A program made the position numbers and the translations under genes. From NCBI GenBank assembly GCA_963718615.1, contig OY970368.1, positions 1,856,001 through 1,920,000 of the forward strand: a stretch of 64,000 bases of DNA. Direction: 5' to 3'. Below are positions 39,891 through 50,507 of this stretch, one piece after another. Numbering within the stretch: the stretch's first letter is position 1; the number at the start of each line of letters is the position of its first letter. The notes under the pieces are model-generated. The model was not told the DNA's origin. It saw nothing but the letters and a program-made list of their open reading frames with translations, and searched no databases. Origin of the DNA: an uncultured cyanobacterium (GTDB taxonomy: Bacteria > Cyanobacteriota > Cyanobacteriia > PCC-9006 > JAAUQQ01).

Positions 39891-40748
39891 TTGATGGAAG
39901 CAAAGCGAGTTCCAATTCTAGCCACGAACTTAAAAGAAGCAAGACGACTTGGCCTTTGTTTAATTGGTTTTCACCTCTGCTTAACCTTACAACTGACAGG
40001 ACGTCAGGATCAACTGATTCTCAATGGTTTGTTTTGGGCCGCCATTGCTTCCGGTCTATGGCAACGTCGCGATCGCCTCCCACTTCAGAGTTCTCGGGCC
40101 AATCAACGGTGGGGATTTGTCTTACTGGCTACGATGGTTTTACTGGCAGGTGGTATTTTACCAACCTTGCCCATCACCGCGTTTTGGGTTCGCCTGATTC
40201 CTGCTATAGCCTTTGGGGGCTGGATGCTCATAGTCTCGGGATTAGGCTGGCGTCAATATGCGTCTGAATGGATTTTAGTTATCATATTAATGGTGCCCCA
40301 AGGGGGTTTGAGTCATAGTCTCAAGCCCTTGATTGCTTATCCGTTACAAACGCTGTTGGCCCAGCTTTCCCACTTTTTCTTACATTACTTTGGGGTTGAA
40401 GTAACGCGTAGGGGTATACAGTTATTGCTTCCCCAGGGAAGTGTCATTGTCGAGTATGGTTGTGTCGGACTACCCCTCTTGATTCTGTTACTTCAGTTGG
40501 TGCTTTTATTGAGCTATCGAGAACCCCTTTCTAAGGGGCAGTGGTTCCAGCTTATCATTAGTGCGATCGCGATCTTTTTGGGAGTGAATACCTTACGTAT
40601 CTCATTGATGGCTTGGTTGGTTAATCAACCGGAATGGTTTGATTATTGGCATAGCCCAACTGGTGCAGAATGGTTTTCTACGGGGGCGATCGCCTTGCTT
40701 TTTGGAGTTTACAGTCAGATGACTTCCAAAAAAGCTAAATTGGTTTGA
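39891..40748 (+). CDS. Exosortase family protein (cyanoexosortase A-like)
   Basis: Multi-TM protein with Cys (VEYGCVG), Arg (NTLRI) and His (FDYWH) triad. Confidence 0.82.
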   Translation: MMEAKRVPILATNLKEARRLGLCLIGFHLCLTLQLTGRQDQLILNGLFWAAIASGLWQRRDRLPLQSSRANQRWGFVLLATMVLLAGGILPTLPITAFWVRLIPAIAFGGWMLIVSGLGWRQYASEWILVIILMVPQGGLSHSLKPLIAYPLQTLLAQLSHFFLHYFGVEVTRRGIQLLLPQGSVIVEYGCVGLPLLILLLQLVLLLSYREPLSKGQWFQLIISAIAIFLGVNTLRISLMAWLVNQPEWFDYWHSPTGAEWFSTGAIALLFGVYSQMTSKKAKLV

Positions 40749-40799
40749 CTTGCCTAAAGCAAGGGTGAACGATAGAAGAGAAAACTTACCATTGCTATT

Positions 40800-41726
40800 T
40801 TAGGGCTGAGCAACATACTGCAACGCTTGGGCATTAGAATCTAGGGGGGCTAGCCGATTTTGATAGACCAAGGCTTGGTGTATAAATGCTGCCGCATTAC
40901 CTCGTTCCAATGGTGCATTGGGTTGGAGCTGTTTGGGGTTAGGATGGTTGACCACGAGCCCCGCTGTTGCCGCTTCGGCAACGGGATTTCGCAAGGCCGG
41001 TGAGAGCTGATCTGCATCCGTAAAATAGGCCAAGGGATTGGCTGGAGAGGAGACGGGCGCGGAAGCGTCCTGTGTCGAAGCACTTGGTGCAGCAGATTTG
41101 GCAGGAGGTGCAAACAGTCCCATTAAACTTGTAGAGGCGAGGGGGAAAAGAAGCTGAGCTTTGGGCTGGCGTTTTTTGAGATTTCGGGATTGGTTTTGGG
41201 ATGTAACGGTAGGCGTAGTTGATGCTTTTGCAACGGGGACTGCGGTTGAGGCATCCAGATCTAAAGCCCGTGCGATCGCTGCTAAACCTTCTGCCCGAGT
41301 CATTGCGGTGCGAGGTTTGAATTGATCCTGATTTACCTCATTCATTAACCCAGTTTCATAGACTTCTTCAATCGCTGAAGCTGCCCAATATTGTTTTGGC
41401 ACGTCGTTGAAACGGCTAGCCGTTGGAATTTGACGCACATTGGTTTTTTCAAACGCATCCCGCAGAATGGCTGCATATTCATCCCGGTCAATCGCCTGAT
41501 CGGGGCGAAAGGTTCCATCAGGATAGCCTTCGACAATATTGGCGGTCTTCAGCGACTCGACAAACGGTCGTGACCAGTGATTGGTGGTATCAGGGAAAGT
41601 GCCGTTTTGGGCGATCGCCTGGGGACCAAACCAAGCCAGATAGCCTGAGGCGGCAACAACACCTACGCCCAAGATCATTGCCCATTTCCCAGCATTTAAT
41701 CCTATAAAATCTCTGTTTAATCCCAT
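40800..41726 (-). CDS. S-layer homology (SLH) domain protein
   Basis: FPDT..HW, GYPDGTFRPDQ.I.R.E, F.DVP..YWA, TRAE. Confidence 0.88.
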   Translation of the reverse strand: MGLNRDFIGLNAGKWAMILGVGVVAASGYLAWFGPQAIAQNGTFPDTTNHWSRPFVESLKTANIVEGYPDGTFRPDQAIDRDEYAAILRDAFEKTNVRQIPTASRFNDVPKQYWAASAIEEVYETGLMNEVNQDQFKPRTAMTRAEGLAAIARALDLDASTAVPVAKASTTPTVTSQNQSRNLKKRQPKAQLLFPLASTSLMGLFAPPAKSAAPSASTQDASAPVSSPANPLAYFTDADQLSPALRNPVAEAATAGLVVNHPNPKQLQPNAPLERGNAAAFIHQALVYQNRLAPLDSNAQALQYVAQP

Positions 41727-41830
41727 GAGTTACTTCTCCCTATTTCAGTACGATTTTAGGATTCAGACCTGTGTTTGAATTCGTCAAATTCCAAGTTAAA
41801 ACTTAAGCCACATACCAAATTTGATCCGAT

Positions 41831-42574
41831 CTATTCAACTCGATTCTCTAGAGTCTGAGTCGAAGATTCAACAGGTGTAACCTCAATCGTAATCGTCTCC
41901 TTTTGCACCGGAACTTCAATCGTTTCCATCGAAGTTTCTACCCGTTTTCGAACTGTAACTTCGCCCACTTTTTCGCGATGTTTCTGAGCAACCAAACGCT
42001 CTTCATAGAGTTTGAGCTGAGTGTCTTCCGTCGGAACGCTATAAAGTTCAGGTGTTCGATTGTAGCGAGAAACAGGAACAGAAGTAGGAGCGATCGCTGT
42101 TTGAGCGCTAGGTGTTCGTGCACCAACCGCGCCTGTCATTTCAACACCTGTCATTTCAACGGGGCTCGTCGTTTCCACCGCAGCGGATTGTTCTACGCTA
42201 GCCATAGAATATACCTGACTCACCTGCTCTTCGTAGGGGTCATCAATGACTGAATCAGGATCATAGGTGGGTAAATGCTCCACCTCTTCTCGGGTTAAAT
42301 TAATGGCATACAGGCGATCGCGTTCTGCCCCTAAACGGGCTCGCCCCACGGGAAGTAAAACAGTTTTTCCAAAAACCCAAAAGCCGGTATCGACAACAAA
42401 GTAACGGAAGTATCCCTGTTCATCCAGCAATAAATTCTTGACCGTACCCACTTTGTCTGACTCACGGCTGCTCTGTAAATCGTAGGTATAGACGTCTCGC
42501 CCTTTGATGTCGATACCATTGAAATACCGTTCAGCGTAATCCTGATACAGGTCGCTAATTTTGTACAATCCCAT
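41831..42574 (-). CDS. PRC-barrel plus DUF2382 protein
   Basis: KVG.V...L.D..G.FRY.VVDTG.W.FGK.VLLPVG; LYEERL...K.R.KVGEV. Confidence 0.85.
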   Translation of the reverse strand: MGLYKISDLYQDYAERYFNGIDIKGRDVYTYDLQSSRESDKVGTVKNLLLDEQGYFRYFVVDTGFWVFGKTVLLPVGRARLGAERDRLYAINLTREEVEHLPTYDPDSVIDDPYEEQVSQVYSMASVEQSAAVETTSPVEMTGVEMTGAVGARTPSAQTAIAPTSVPVSRYNRTPELYSVPTEDTQLKLYEERLVAQKHREKVGEVTVRKRVETSMETIEVPVQKETITIEVTPVESSTQTLENRVE

Positions 42575-42688
42575 GATGCGTTGCTTCCCCCCATAGTTCT
42601 ATAGAGTGAGCCTAACAAGATGGGTTTTGATTCCGATCTATCCTTCGAAGTAAGAAATTCGCTCCACCGGCTCAGAAAGTTGAAATTT

Positions 42689-44059
42689 CTAGGATTGAGT
42701 TAAGGGATGAGCGAGCACTGCCGGTTCAATGCCCAGGTCTTGGCCACGGGTTTGAAGCTGGTTCAAGATTGCCTGCTCCGCTGCTGTCGTCAGATTATCT
42801 AGCTGAACAATGCGATCGCATTGGGCCAACAATGGCACAACAAAATCTGCTTGAAGCTTTTCCAGTAAAGGTTCTAGCGGTTCTGGGGTTTCGATATGTT
42901 GGGCAATGATCTGCGCCGATGCCTCACTTAGGCTGAGGGTATTGAGCTCGGGGGCAATTTCGTCCCACCGCTTTTCGGGATAGGCGGCAACGATAACATG
43001 GGCCAAGATCTGGTCCATAATGCGCTGCTGGGCGATCGCCCCGGCTAAATACTGCTCTGCCGCGTCCTCTGCTGCGGTCAGGGCTGATTCCGATTCTAGG
43101 GGACTAACCTGGGCTTCATAAAACCGACAGGCGGCATACCCCAAGGCGTAGGTCATCAAGGCATTACTGCTGGTACCGATTAATGCACCGGCCACTGGGA
43201 TATTTTCGAGGAAGCTCAAGCCTGCCCGCGACGCTAAACTGAGCCCAGACTGAAGGGCTTTGTGGCCCCCGACGGAGAGTCCGAAAATCGCCAACACTTC
43301 ACCCTTACGAGCGGGATCTTCAAGATCCAAGCCGTAGATCGCCGCGATTTGATAAACCATTTCCGCCTGGAGCACAATGGTTGCGGTCAGATCGACAGCA
43401 AATAGCGCCGCTGCCGCCCCCGGCACCAAACTACTCGCCAGTCCTGTTCCCCCCGCTAAAAGTGTCTTTTTAACCATGAGGCGATGGGCGATCTGGGCTG
43501 AGGTTTCGTTGGGATGATCCGTTTGAAGTTTTTGCGCTTCCGTTGCCGCTTTTTGTATATCCACTTGGCCAATCAACGGTAGCAGCCAGTCTGCTTTGAT
43601 CACAGCCGTTGCGCGAGCTAGCAGGGGATTATCGCTCAGGAAATTCAAGGCATGACCAACGCTGCGGGTGGTTTGATGGGTGGCATAGTTGAGGGCTTGA
43701 CCGACCGTTCCAGCAGTTTCGAGGAGAGCTTTGCCGGTTTTAGCGACGCTTTGACCGGTTTTGGCAACGGTTTGGCCGGTTTGCTCGCCTACTTGGGCTA
43801 AGGCTTGACCTGTTTTAGCCGCGACCTGTCCGAAATTTTCGCCTAGGTCCCCTGCTTTTTTCCCTACTTGGTGAGTGACAGCCTGCCAGCGATTAACCGC
43901 CTTTGCTTCCTTTGCTTTCCCTGGCTGCGCCGGAACTAAATCAGATTCTATGGGAGTTTCAGTGCTTTCAGCAGTCGTGGCCTCAGCAGATGGATCCGGA
44001 GACACACCGGCATCGGCGACAGGCGTTTGGTCAGACCAGGAGGCTTCGTTTGGCATCAC
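42689..44059 (-). CDS. EcsC-like family protein
   Basis: IAHRLM..K, VDL.AT..LQAEMVYQIAA.YG.DL..PARKGE. Confidence 0.7.
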   Translation of the reverse strand: MMPNEASWSDQTPVADAGVSPDPSAEATTAESTETPIESDLVPAQPGKAKEAKAVNRWQAVTHQVGKKAGDLGENFGQVAAKTGQALAQVGEQTGQTVAKTGQSVAKTGKALLETAGTVGQALNYATHQTTRSVGHALNFLSDNPLLARATAVIKADWLLPLIGQVDIQKAATEAQKLQTDHPNETSAQIAHRLMVKKTLLAGGTGLASSLVPGAAAALFAVDLTATIVLQAEMVYQIAAIYGLDLEDPARKGEVLAIFGLSVGGHKALQSGLSLASRAGLSFLENIPVAGALIGTSSNALMTYALGYAACRFYEAQVSPLESESALTAAEDAAEQYLAGAIAQQRIMDQILAHVIVAAYPEKRWDEIAPELNTLSLSEASAQIIAQHIETPEPLEPLLEKLQADFVVPLLAQCDRIVQLDNLTTAAEQAILNQLQTRGQDLGIEPAVLAHPLTQS

Positions 44060-44111
44060 TCACCCAAGGGGAAAAGGCTAAAAAGGTTGAAGGTTTGTCG
44101 TATTTTAGGCT

Positions 44112-44360
44112 TTAGGCTTGAGGTTTGGATTCATCTAAAGCCGTGGATTGTAGCCGAGGAATGGCATTGTCGAGGTGCTCTTGCTCCGCTGCATTCTCAA
44201 CAAATTTACCGATGGCAAACAGCAGCTTAGAAATTGCGGCGCGGGTTTCTGGTTGGATTTGGTCGGGCTCTAGCGTTGGGAGAATAGCCGCGATCGCCTC
44301 CGAAAGCTGCCGGACTAGTTTTTCTGCCAAATCTGAGTTCATCGTTTGCATTCTCCCCAA
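44112..44360 (-). CDS. Small hypothetical protein
   Basis: Short amphipathic helical ORF co-oriented with the downstream gene; no recognised motif. Confidence 0.35.
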   Translation of the reverse strand: MGRMQTMNSDLAEKLVRQLSEAIAAILPTLEPDQIQPETRAAISKLLFAIGKFVENAAEQEHLDNAIPRLQSTALDESKPQA

Positions 44361-44568
44361 GGTTTTGCGCTCCCATCATCCACAACCAGCATTCCCCAAC
44401 GCAAGGCGAGATCTCCCGAGGAGACTGCCGGTTTTCTGCCCAAAGCCCACCAGAAAAGCAAAATCCTTTGACCTTCTGTCTTGGTGCAACGGGAACTCTC
44501 TCTACAGATAGGGGTGATTTGAATTTTAAGCCCCATCTTGATGGTTTATTCTGTCTTGCCCTTCGCCC

Positions 44569-45960
44569 TTGCTTTTCGCTTTGAATGTGACTGCTTCCCT
44601 TGCGCAACCCTTACCGACTGATTTGGCCCAGCTGCCGCTGCGGGTAGTGGTTTGTGCGCGATCGCAACCTCGTCCTGCCATCGGCGGAGCCCCCCTGCGC
44701 AATCTGCAAAATCTAGAAGCCCTCAGCCGCCTGGGTGAAACCCACCTGTTTTCCCTTTTCAAAGGGACTTGCAAAGACGCGCAGTCCACCCAAGCCCCGG
44801 CCTTGGCCAGTTGGAGCCACGCTGATTTGGCCCAACCCCGTTCTTTAGGGGATAAGCTGCGCAATCGCCTGCGCTGGCTGCGGCCCCAGGGTCATTATTA
44901 TTTTGACTGGATCTATACGGCTGCCGCTGCGCGCCAGTTTGAGCAGGTTTTGACCCAGGTCCAGCCCCATTGGATTGTCTTTGAAGAACTCTGGGTCGCT
45001 CCCTATCTCGCCGTTGCGGTGCGCCATCGCCAGCGCCATCCCGGCTGCAAAATTGTTCTCGATAACCACAATGTGGAGGGCCTGCTGGCGGCTGAGCGCT
45101 ATCCCTTGAGCCAAGCGAAAACCCGAGCCGAGTGGATCGATTTTGCGTTGCGGCCTCGTCGGGTCAAGCATTGGGAGCGGTGGGCGATCGCCCAAGCCGA
45201 TCAAGTCTGGGTCTGTAGCTCCACCGACGCCGAGCAGTTACAGCACCTCTATGGCGTTTGGCCTGGGAATCAGCCTGAGAATCAGCCTGGGAATCAGTAC
45301 GGCCAGAAGGCTTCAGCTTTAGCAGCAGCGTCAGGAAAATTCTGGGTCGTCCCCAACGGCGTCGATGTCCCCAGCTATACAACTTCGCCTCCAGTGTTGC
45401 CCTCAGCCTCGCCAGCCTTACCCCATCCAACCCCGTCGATTCTCTTCCTCGGTAGCTTTGCTTATGGTCCCAATGCTGACGCCGCGCAACTGCTGATCGA
45501 AGCCATCTATCCCCGACTCCAAGCCCACTGGCCTCACCTCAGGCTTCTGCTCGTTGGCCATGAACCCACGCCGCTGATGCAGCAAGCCGCCCAGGTTAAT
45601 CCTCACATTATCGTCACCGGCCAAGTGGAATCGGTTTTGCCCTATCTCCACCAGGCCGATGTTTTAGTCGTTCCCCTCCGCCAAGGCAGCGGCACTCGAC
45701 TCAAGATTCTGGAAGCCTTTGCGGCACGGCTCCCCGTCGTCAGCACGACCAAAGGCGCAGAGGGGTTGGCCGTGGAAGATGGCCAGCAGATTTTGCTGCG
45801 CGATGACCTGGATGACTTGGCCGATGCTGTCGGTCAGCTTTTGGCGGATCCGGTCCAGCGTCAGGCGATCGCCACCCAAGCCCATCAAACGGTGGAGCAG
45901 CTTTATTCCTGGGCAACCGCGACTCAAACGATCCAAGCCGCCCTCGGCCAATGCCTATGA
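44569..45960 (+). CDS. Glycosyltransferase family 4
   Basis: D.HNVE, VPNGVD, FLGSF.Y.PN, GTRLKILEA. Confidence 0.9.
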   Translation: MLFALNVTASLAQPLPTDLAQLPLRVVVCARSQPRPAIGGAPLRNLQNLEALSRLGETHLFSLFKGTCKDAQSTQAPALASWSHADLAQPRSLGDKLRNRLRWLRPQGHYYFDWIYTAAAARQFEQVLTQVQPHWIVFEELWVAPYLAVAVRHRQRHPGCKIVLDNHNVEGLLAAERYPLSQAKTRAEWIDFALRPRRVKHWERWAIAQADQVWVCSSTDAEQLQHLYGVWPGNQPENQPGNQYGQKASALAAASGKFWVVPNGVDVPSYTTSPPVLPSASPALPHPTPSILFLGSFAYGPNADAAQLLIEAIYPRLQAHWPHLRLLLVGHEPTPLMQQAAQVNPHIIVTGQVESVLPYLHQADVLVVPLRQGSGTRLKILEAFAARLPVVSTTKGAEGLAVEDGQQILLRDDLDDLADAVGQLLADPVQRQAIATQAHQTVEQLYSWATATQTIQAALGQCL

Positions 45961-47045
45961 AGCCATTCCCCAGCCGCTTTTCCGGGTGCCTCCCCGCGAT
46001 GAATCCAGAGGCTGGATTGACCGCCCTAACGCCGGACAGAGGGCGATCGCCATCCCGCTCCAAACCCCGTTCGACCGTTGCCGCCATTATTCCGCTCTAC
46101 AACAAAGCCCAATATCTGCCTCGGGCACTCAACTCAATCTTGGCTCAAACCCACCTGCCAACCGAAATTATTGTGGTGGATGATGGCTCAACGGATGACA
46201 GCATTAGTGTCTTGCAAATCTGGATGGCTGAGCATTTTGATCGCCTGCGGGAGGCTGAGATTGATCTACAACTTTTGCAACAAACCAATACTGGCCCAGG
46301 GGCTGCGCGCAATCGAGGGGGGCAAACCAGCTCTGCATCCCTACTGGCCTTTTTGGATGCTGACGATGAGTGGGAACCGGATTTCTTGGCAGGGGCGATC
46401 GCAGCCCTAGAGACCCATCCCCACTGTATGCTGGCTGCCTTTGGCCAGTTTCAAGGTTCTGACCGCACCGATCTCCAGCCCCGCTTTAATGCCTTGGGGA
46501 TTCGGCCCGGTCCTTGGCGCTTGCCCCCGGATTTGCCGCCCCCGGTCATGAAGCCGACGATTGATTTTATTTTTTCCGGGGCAACTGTGGTTCGGCGGGA
46601 GGTCTTTGAAACCTTGGGCGGATTTTATGCCCAGGCGGGTTGTACCTATGGAGAGGACACTTATTTTTGGCTTCAGGTGGCGTTGCAGCATGAGATTTAC
46701 CGGGACCCAACCCCAATGATGTGGTACCACACGGAATGTTCCGATTTAGCCATTTGGCACCGGCAGGTTCCCCTGAGCCCGCTGCTGCTCCATCCCCAGC
46801 TCCTTCGCGATCGCTGCCCTGTGGACTATCAAGTGTTTTTGGAACGTTATTTGGCTCAGGTGGCGATCGTTACGGCGCGGCGGTTTGCTTATCGGGGCGA
46901 TCGTGACACGGTAAAGGCGTTGCTGAGGCGCTTTCCACTGACCAGACTTTTTCGAGCGGACCAAGCCAAAATCAATTTAGAATTGCTGCTGGCCAATTTT
47001 CCACAATTGCGGAGCTGGATTTTGAACGCTCGGTTTTCGGCGTGA
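45951..47045 (+). CDS. Glycosyltransferase family 2
   Basis: IIPLYN, VVDDGSTD, ARN.G, FLDADD, GED. Confidence 0.9.
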   Translation: MPMKPFPSRFSGCLPAMNPEAGLTALTPDRGRSPSRSKPRSTVAAIIPLYNKAQYLPRALNSILAQTHLPTEIIVVDDGSTDDSISVLQIWMAEHFDRLREAEIDLQLLQQTNTGPGAARNRGGQTSSASLLAFLDADDEWEPDFLAGAIAALETHPHCMLAAFGQFQGSDRTDLQPRFNALGIRPGPWRLPPDLPPPVMKPTIDFIFSGATVVRREVFETLGGFYAQAGCTYGEDTYFWLQVALQHEIYRDPTPMMWYHTECSDLAIWHRQVPLSPLLLHPQLLRDRCPVDYQVFLERYLAQVAIVTARRFAYRGDRDTVKALLRRFPLTRLFRADQAKINLELLLANFPQLRSWILNARFSA

Positions 47046-47049
47046 AGGA

Positions 47050-47089
47050 CTGTGGGTGTTACGGTGTGGGTGTTACGGTGTGGGCGTTA
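47050..47089. repeat. 14-bp tandem repeat (about 2.8 copies) between convergent genes
   Basis: TGTGGGTGTTACGG x2 followed by TGTGGGCGTTA. Confidence 0.7.
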
Positions 47090-47482
47090 TGGAATGAAAA
47101 TACGACCCACGCCCATCCAGGCTTCAAGGTCCAGCAAGATTTCGAGGATACGGTCAACACAACGATTTCGATAGAGTCGGTCTACTAAGAATCGATTTGC
47201 GTCTCCAATGGTAATCACCGGAAAGGAATTTATTGTATTCTCCTCCCGAAGAACTTGTTCTAGAGAATCTTCACCCTTCATGCTTCGATTAGCGGTTAGC
47301 AAAATCATCTGATGAGTCTGAGCTAGCCGCCAAACGACTCGATCGTTACTATCAATCGATAAATTTATTTCTTTAAAGGTAACGAAAAGAATCGGGAGAA
47401 GTTCTAACCAGCCTTGACTCGCAAGATTCCCCAACAAAATTTCCGCGTGACCGCCTAAGTTGTGATCAATCAAAAATTTCAT
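47087..47482 (-). CDS. DUF5615 PIN-like protein (putative toxin)
   Basis: MKFLIDHN, D..VW..AQ....ILLTAN; ATGA overlap with the DUF433 gene. Confidence 0.75.
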   Translation of the reverse strand: MKFLIDHNLGGHAEILLGNLASQGWLELLPILFVTFKEINLSIDSNDRVVWRLAQTHQMILLTANRSMKGEDSLEQVLREENTINSFPVITIGDANRFLVDRLYRNRCVDRILEILLDLEAWMGVGRIFIP

Positions 47483-47853
47483 ACCCCAAGCTCATGGCTA
47501 GCCTTTTGCGCCTGAAGTTTTTCCCAAAGCGCTTCTTGGCCAGGTTTAGGGGGCATGGCGACAATTTGGGCAAAATGCTCACGATTGCGTTCTTCCCAAT
47601 ACTGACGATTTTCCTCTGCCTGTTGGAGAACCAGTTGGTACTCTGCTTCAACGACTGTGCGATTTGCTTCAATATAAGATAGAGCTGCATTCATCTGCGC
47701 TTCTGTGAGATCAAGCAGAGAACAGATAAACTTGGGAGGATACTGAGCAATCACATAGTCCAAAATATCATAGAGCGTAATACGGGTTCCTGAAATTGCT
47801 AGGCCCCGTTCTGTGCGGATGATGGATGGCGAGTTATGAGATCCTGAAGTCAT
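47479..47853 (-). CDS. DUF433 protein (putative antitoxin)
   Basis: G..ISGTRITLYDI, LT..Q..AAL.YI. Confidence 0.85.
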   Translation of the reverse strand: MTSGSHNSPSIIRTERGLAISGTRITLYDILDYVIAQYPPKFICSLLDLTEAQMNAALSYIEANRTVVEAEYQLVLQQAEENRQYWEERNREHFAQIVAMPPKPGQEALWEKLQAQKASHELGV

Positions 47854-47969
47854 CCCCGTTGCCTCTGAATCTGTCTTGAATCTGTCTGTAGCCGTTTATG
47901 AAACAATGATATCGCATCCCTCCCAGCCAATCTCCACGCCTCCCCTTTCCCCTTATTCTGCATTCTGCT

Positions 47970-49061
47970 ATGCGCTCTACGCCTGCTTCATTCGCTTTAA
48001 CCCCCTCGGCTGCTTCAACCGCCTCCTCGGTGGACTTAACGGCGACTAATCCACTCCTGGGTCGATCTTTGGCAGATTTAACCACTTGGGTCCAGGAGCA
48101 GGGGCAACCGGCCTATCGTGGCAAGCAGTTGCACCAGTGGATTTATCAGCGCTATGCGCGATCGCTCGACGACATCACAGTGTTTCCCAAGGCTTGGCGG
48201 GCGGCGATGGCGGGGGTGTCGATGGGGCGATCGCAAATCCATTACCGTTCGGTGGCTCCAGATGAGACGGTGAAGTATTTGTTGCGACTTCAGGATGGTC
48301 ATATCATTGAAACTGTGGGGATGCCGACGGAGAAGCGGCTGACGGTTTGCGTCTCGTCCCAGGTGGGTTGTCCCATGGCCTGCGATTTTTGTGCAACGGG
48401 GAAAGGCGGTTTTCAGCGCAATCTGAAGGCCCATGAGATTGTTGATCAGGTCTTAACCGTCCAGGAAGATTTCGACCGGCGAGTCAGCAATATTGTGTTT
48501 ATGGGCATGGGCGAGCCGCTGATTAATCTGGATGAAGTGTTGGATTCCATCCGCTGTTTGAATCAGGATGTGGGGATTGGACAGCGTAACATTACGGTTT
48601 CGACGGTGGGGATTGCGGGGAAGATTCGGCGGTTGGCCCAGGCGAAATTGCAACTGACGCTAGCCGTTAGCCTCCATGCTTCCAATCAAGCCCTGCGGGA
48701 ACAGTTAATTCCCAGTGCCGACCACTATTCCCTAGAGGCGCTGTTGCAGGACTGTCGAGATTATGTCAATCAGACCGGTCGACGGGTCACCTTTGAATAT
48801 ATTTTATTAGCCGGTCTGAACGATCGCCCCGAACATGCCGACGAGTTGTCTCAGCATCTGCGTGGATTTCAAAATCATGTCAATCTCATTCCCTACAATC
48901 CGATTGTGGAAGTGGATTATAAACGACCCCAGCGGCAAGATGTAGAAGCCTTTGCCGAACGACTGAAACAACGCAAGATTGCCACTAGCATTCGTTATTC
49001 CCGTGGCTTAGAGGCAGATGCTGCCTGTGGACAACTGCGAGCACAAAAGCTAGAACAATAG
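47970..49061 (+). CDS. rlmN: 23S rRNA/tRNA m2A methyltransferase RlmN
   Basis: [35 protein letters not shown]. Confidence 0.96.
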   Translation: MRSTPASFALTPSAASTASSVDLTATNPLLGRSLADLTTWVQEQGQPAYRGKQLHQWIYQRYARSLDDITVFPKAWRAAMAGVSMGRSQIHYRSVAPDETVKYLLRLQDGHIIETVGMPTEKRLTVCVSSQVGCPMACDFCATGKGGFQRNLKAHEIVDQVLTVQEDFDRRVSNIVFMGMGEPLINLDEVLDSIRCLNQDVGIGQRNITVSTVGIAGKIRRLAQAKLQLTLAVSLHASNQALREQLIPSADHYSLEALLQDCRDYVNQTGRRVTFEYILLAGLNDRPEHADELSQHLRGFQNHVNLIPYNPIVEVDYKRPQRQDVEAFAERLKQRKIATSIRYSRGLEADAACGQLRAQKLEQ

Positions 49062-49064
49062 CCA

Positions 49065-50432
49065 TCAGTTTGGCTTCAAGAGAATCGCCCGCGCTTGCTC
49101 TGGCGAAGGTAACTGAACCCCTTGCCAAGCTTCCGTTGGATTCCACAGCCAGCGATCGCCCCCGGTCAACACCACTTGAGCGGCAATTTGCCGATAGTTC
49201 GGCAACTGTAATCCTCCTGCTCTGGCCCGCTCCCAAAGCTGACGATAGGTCTGACAACTATTCATTTGCAGAATTAACTTCAAGCTGCCTGCCCCGGCTG
49301 CACCAAAGTTGTGGGCATCAAAGCCTGAGAATAAACCATCAACATGGAGAAAAACTGCGTCTGCCCCGGCTCCATCCGGTGCATCCACGTGAACCCCGTT
49401 GGCTTGGGTGAGGGGATCGGTGCCGCCTTCTGGGCGATCGCTCCGAGCCGAATAGTGAATATAGGCGGGACCATTGGGCCATTGGCGATCGGCATTGCCC
49501 ACGGTCACCACAGTTAACCATTGTCGCAGATGGGCTTCAGCCTGTTGTCGAGCCATCTCTGGTGAGAGGTCAGGATTGTTTACCAAACGACGACTGATGG
49601 CTGCTTCGGTATAGGTCCGGAGCGCGCCGCTGAGTTCGGAGGTGGAGCGGCTGTAGGCCATCCAAACTAAGGGTCGGGGGTCGGTTTCGTTGGCTTCTAA
49701 AATCCGAATCAGATTGTTCTGAAACAGAGGACGGGCAAAGCCATGTTGGGAGAGAACGGTTTCGATGCGATCGCGTTGCCGAGGATGCAAAATCGCCTGC
49801 TCCCCCTGAATTGTCGGCATGAGGCCATTGGCTTCTAGGACCGGACGGTGGGTCATGAGGAAAATTTGCAGATCCGGGGTTAGGGGGACAACTGCAAAGC
49901 CTTGGTCCATATCGGTACCCAAGTGGAGCTGAGCCATGGGGATGCCTAGGACTTGGACATAGTGTTCTAGCCGTTGGGGCGTTGTGGTTTCGCCTTCCCA
50001 GCCAGGTTTGAGGTCGTGGAGGGTGTTGAGGCCGGGGCTGAAAATCACTAATTCTGAGGGATGCTCGGACGCTTGGGTCAAGGTATTGGCCTTGAATTTG
50101 AGGTGTTGCTCAATCCATTGAAACGGCTGATCCTGAGCGAAAACAGCATCGAAGTCCGCTGCTGCTCCATCTCCCCCTGGAATGGAAAAATGCCCGCAAT
50201 AGCCTTCGTCATAGCTGGTGCGGAAGGCCATAGATTGTAGGGCTGCGTCAGTAACCGCAGCCGCTTGATACTCGATATCATCGGGCAAATCGGCCCCAAA
50301 ATATTCCATCATAGCCATGAGGCTTGGCATGGCGCTGGGATGGATATCAGTCTCGAGTAAGGCTTCAATTTCGTTGATGTCAGAAGCGGAGGGATTGAGA
50401 ACTTGGGTGTCAAGCATTTTGATGGTTGCCAT
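49065..50432 (-). CDS. Hypothetical protein, possibly a divergent alpha/beta hydrolase
   Basis: 455-aa ORF; PGLNT, AYSRS, DPL and AHNF occur in triad-like order. Confidence 0.55.
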   Translation of the reverse strand: MATIKMLDTQVLNPSASDINEIEALLETDIHPSAMPSLMAMMEYFGADLPDDIEYQAAAVTDAALQSMAFRTSYDEGYCGHFSIPGGDGAAADFDAVFAQDQPFQWIEQHLKFKANTLTQASEHPSELVIFSPGLNTLHDLKPGWEGETTTPQRLEHYVQVLGIPMAQLHLGTDMDQGFAVVPLTPDLQIFLMTHRPVLEANGLMPTIQGEQAILHPRQRDRIETVLSQHGFARPLFQNNLIRILEANETDPRPLVWMAYSRSTSELSGALRTYTEAAISRRLVNNPDLSPEMARQQAEAHLRQWLTVVTVGNADRQWPNGPAYIHYSARSDRPEGGTDPLTQANGVHVDAPDGAGADAVFLHVDGLFSGFDAHNFGAAGAGSLKLILQMNSCQTYRQLWERARAGGLQLPNYRQIAAQVVLTGGDRWLWNPTEAWQGVQLPSPEQARAILLKPN

Positions 50433-50507
50433 GGTTTTAAGCCTGATTTGAAATCGGAATGAATAAGGTGAATGGAGAGGGTTGGGGTCGCTGGGCTCAA
50501 CGCTAAT

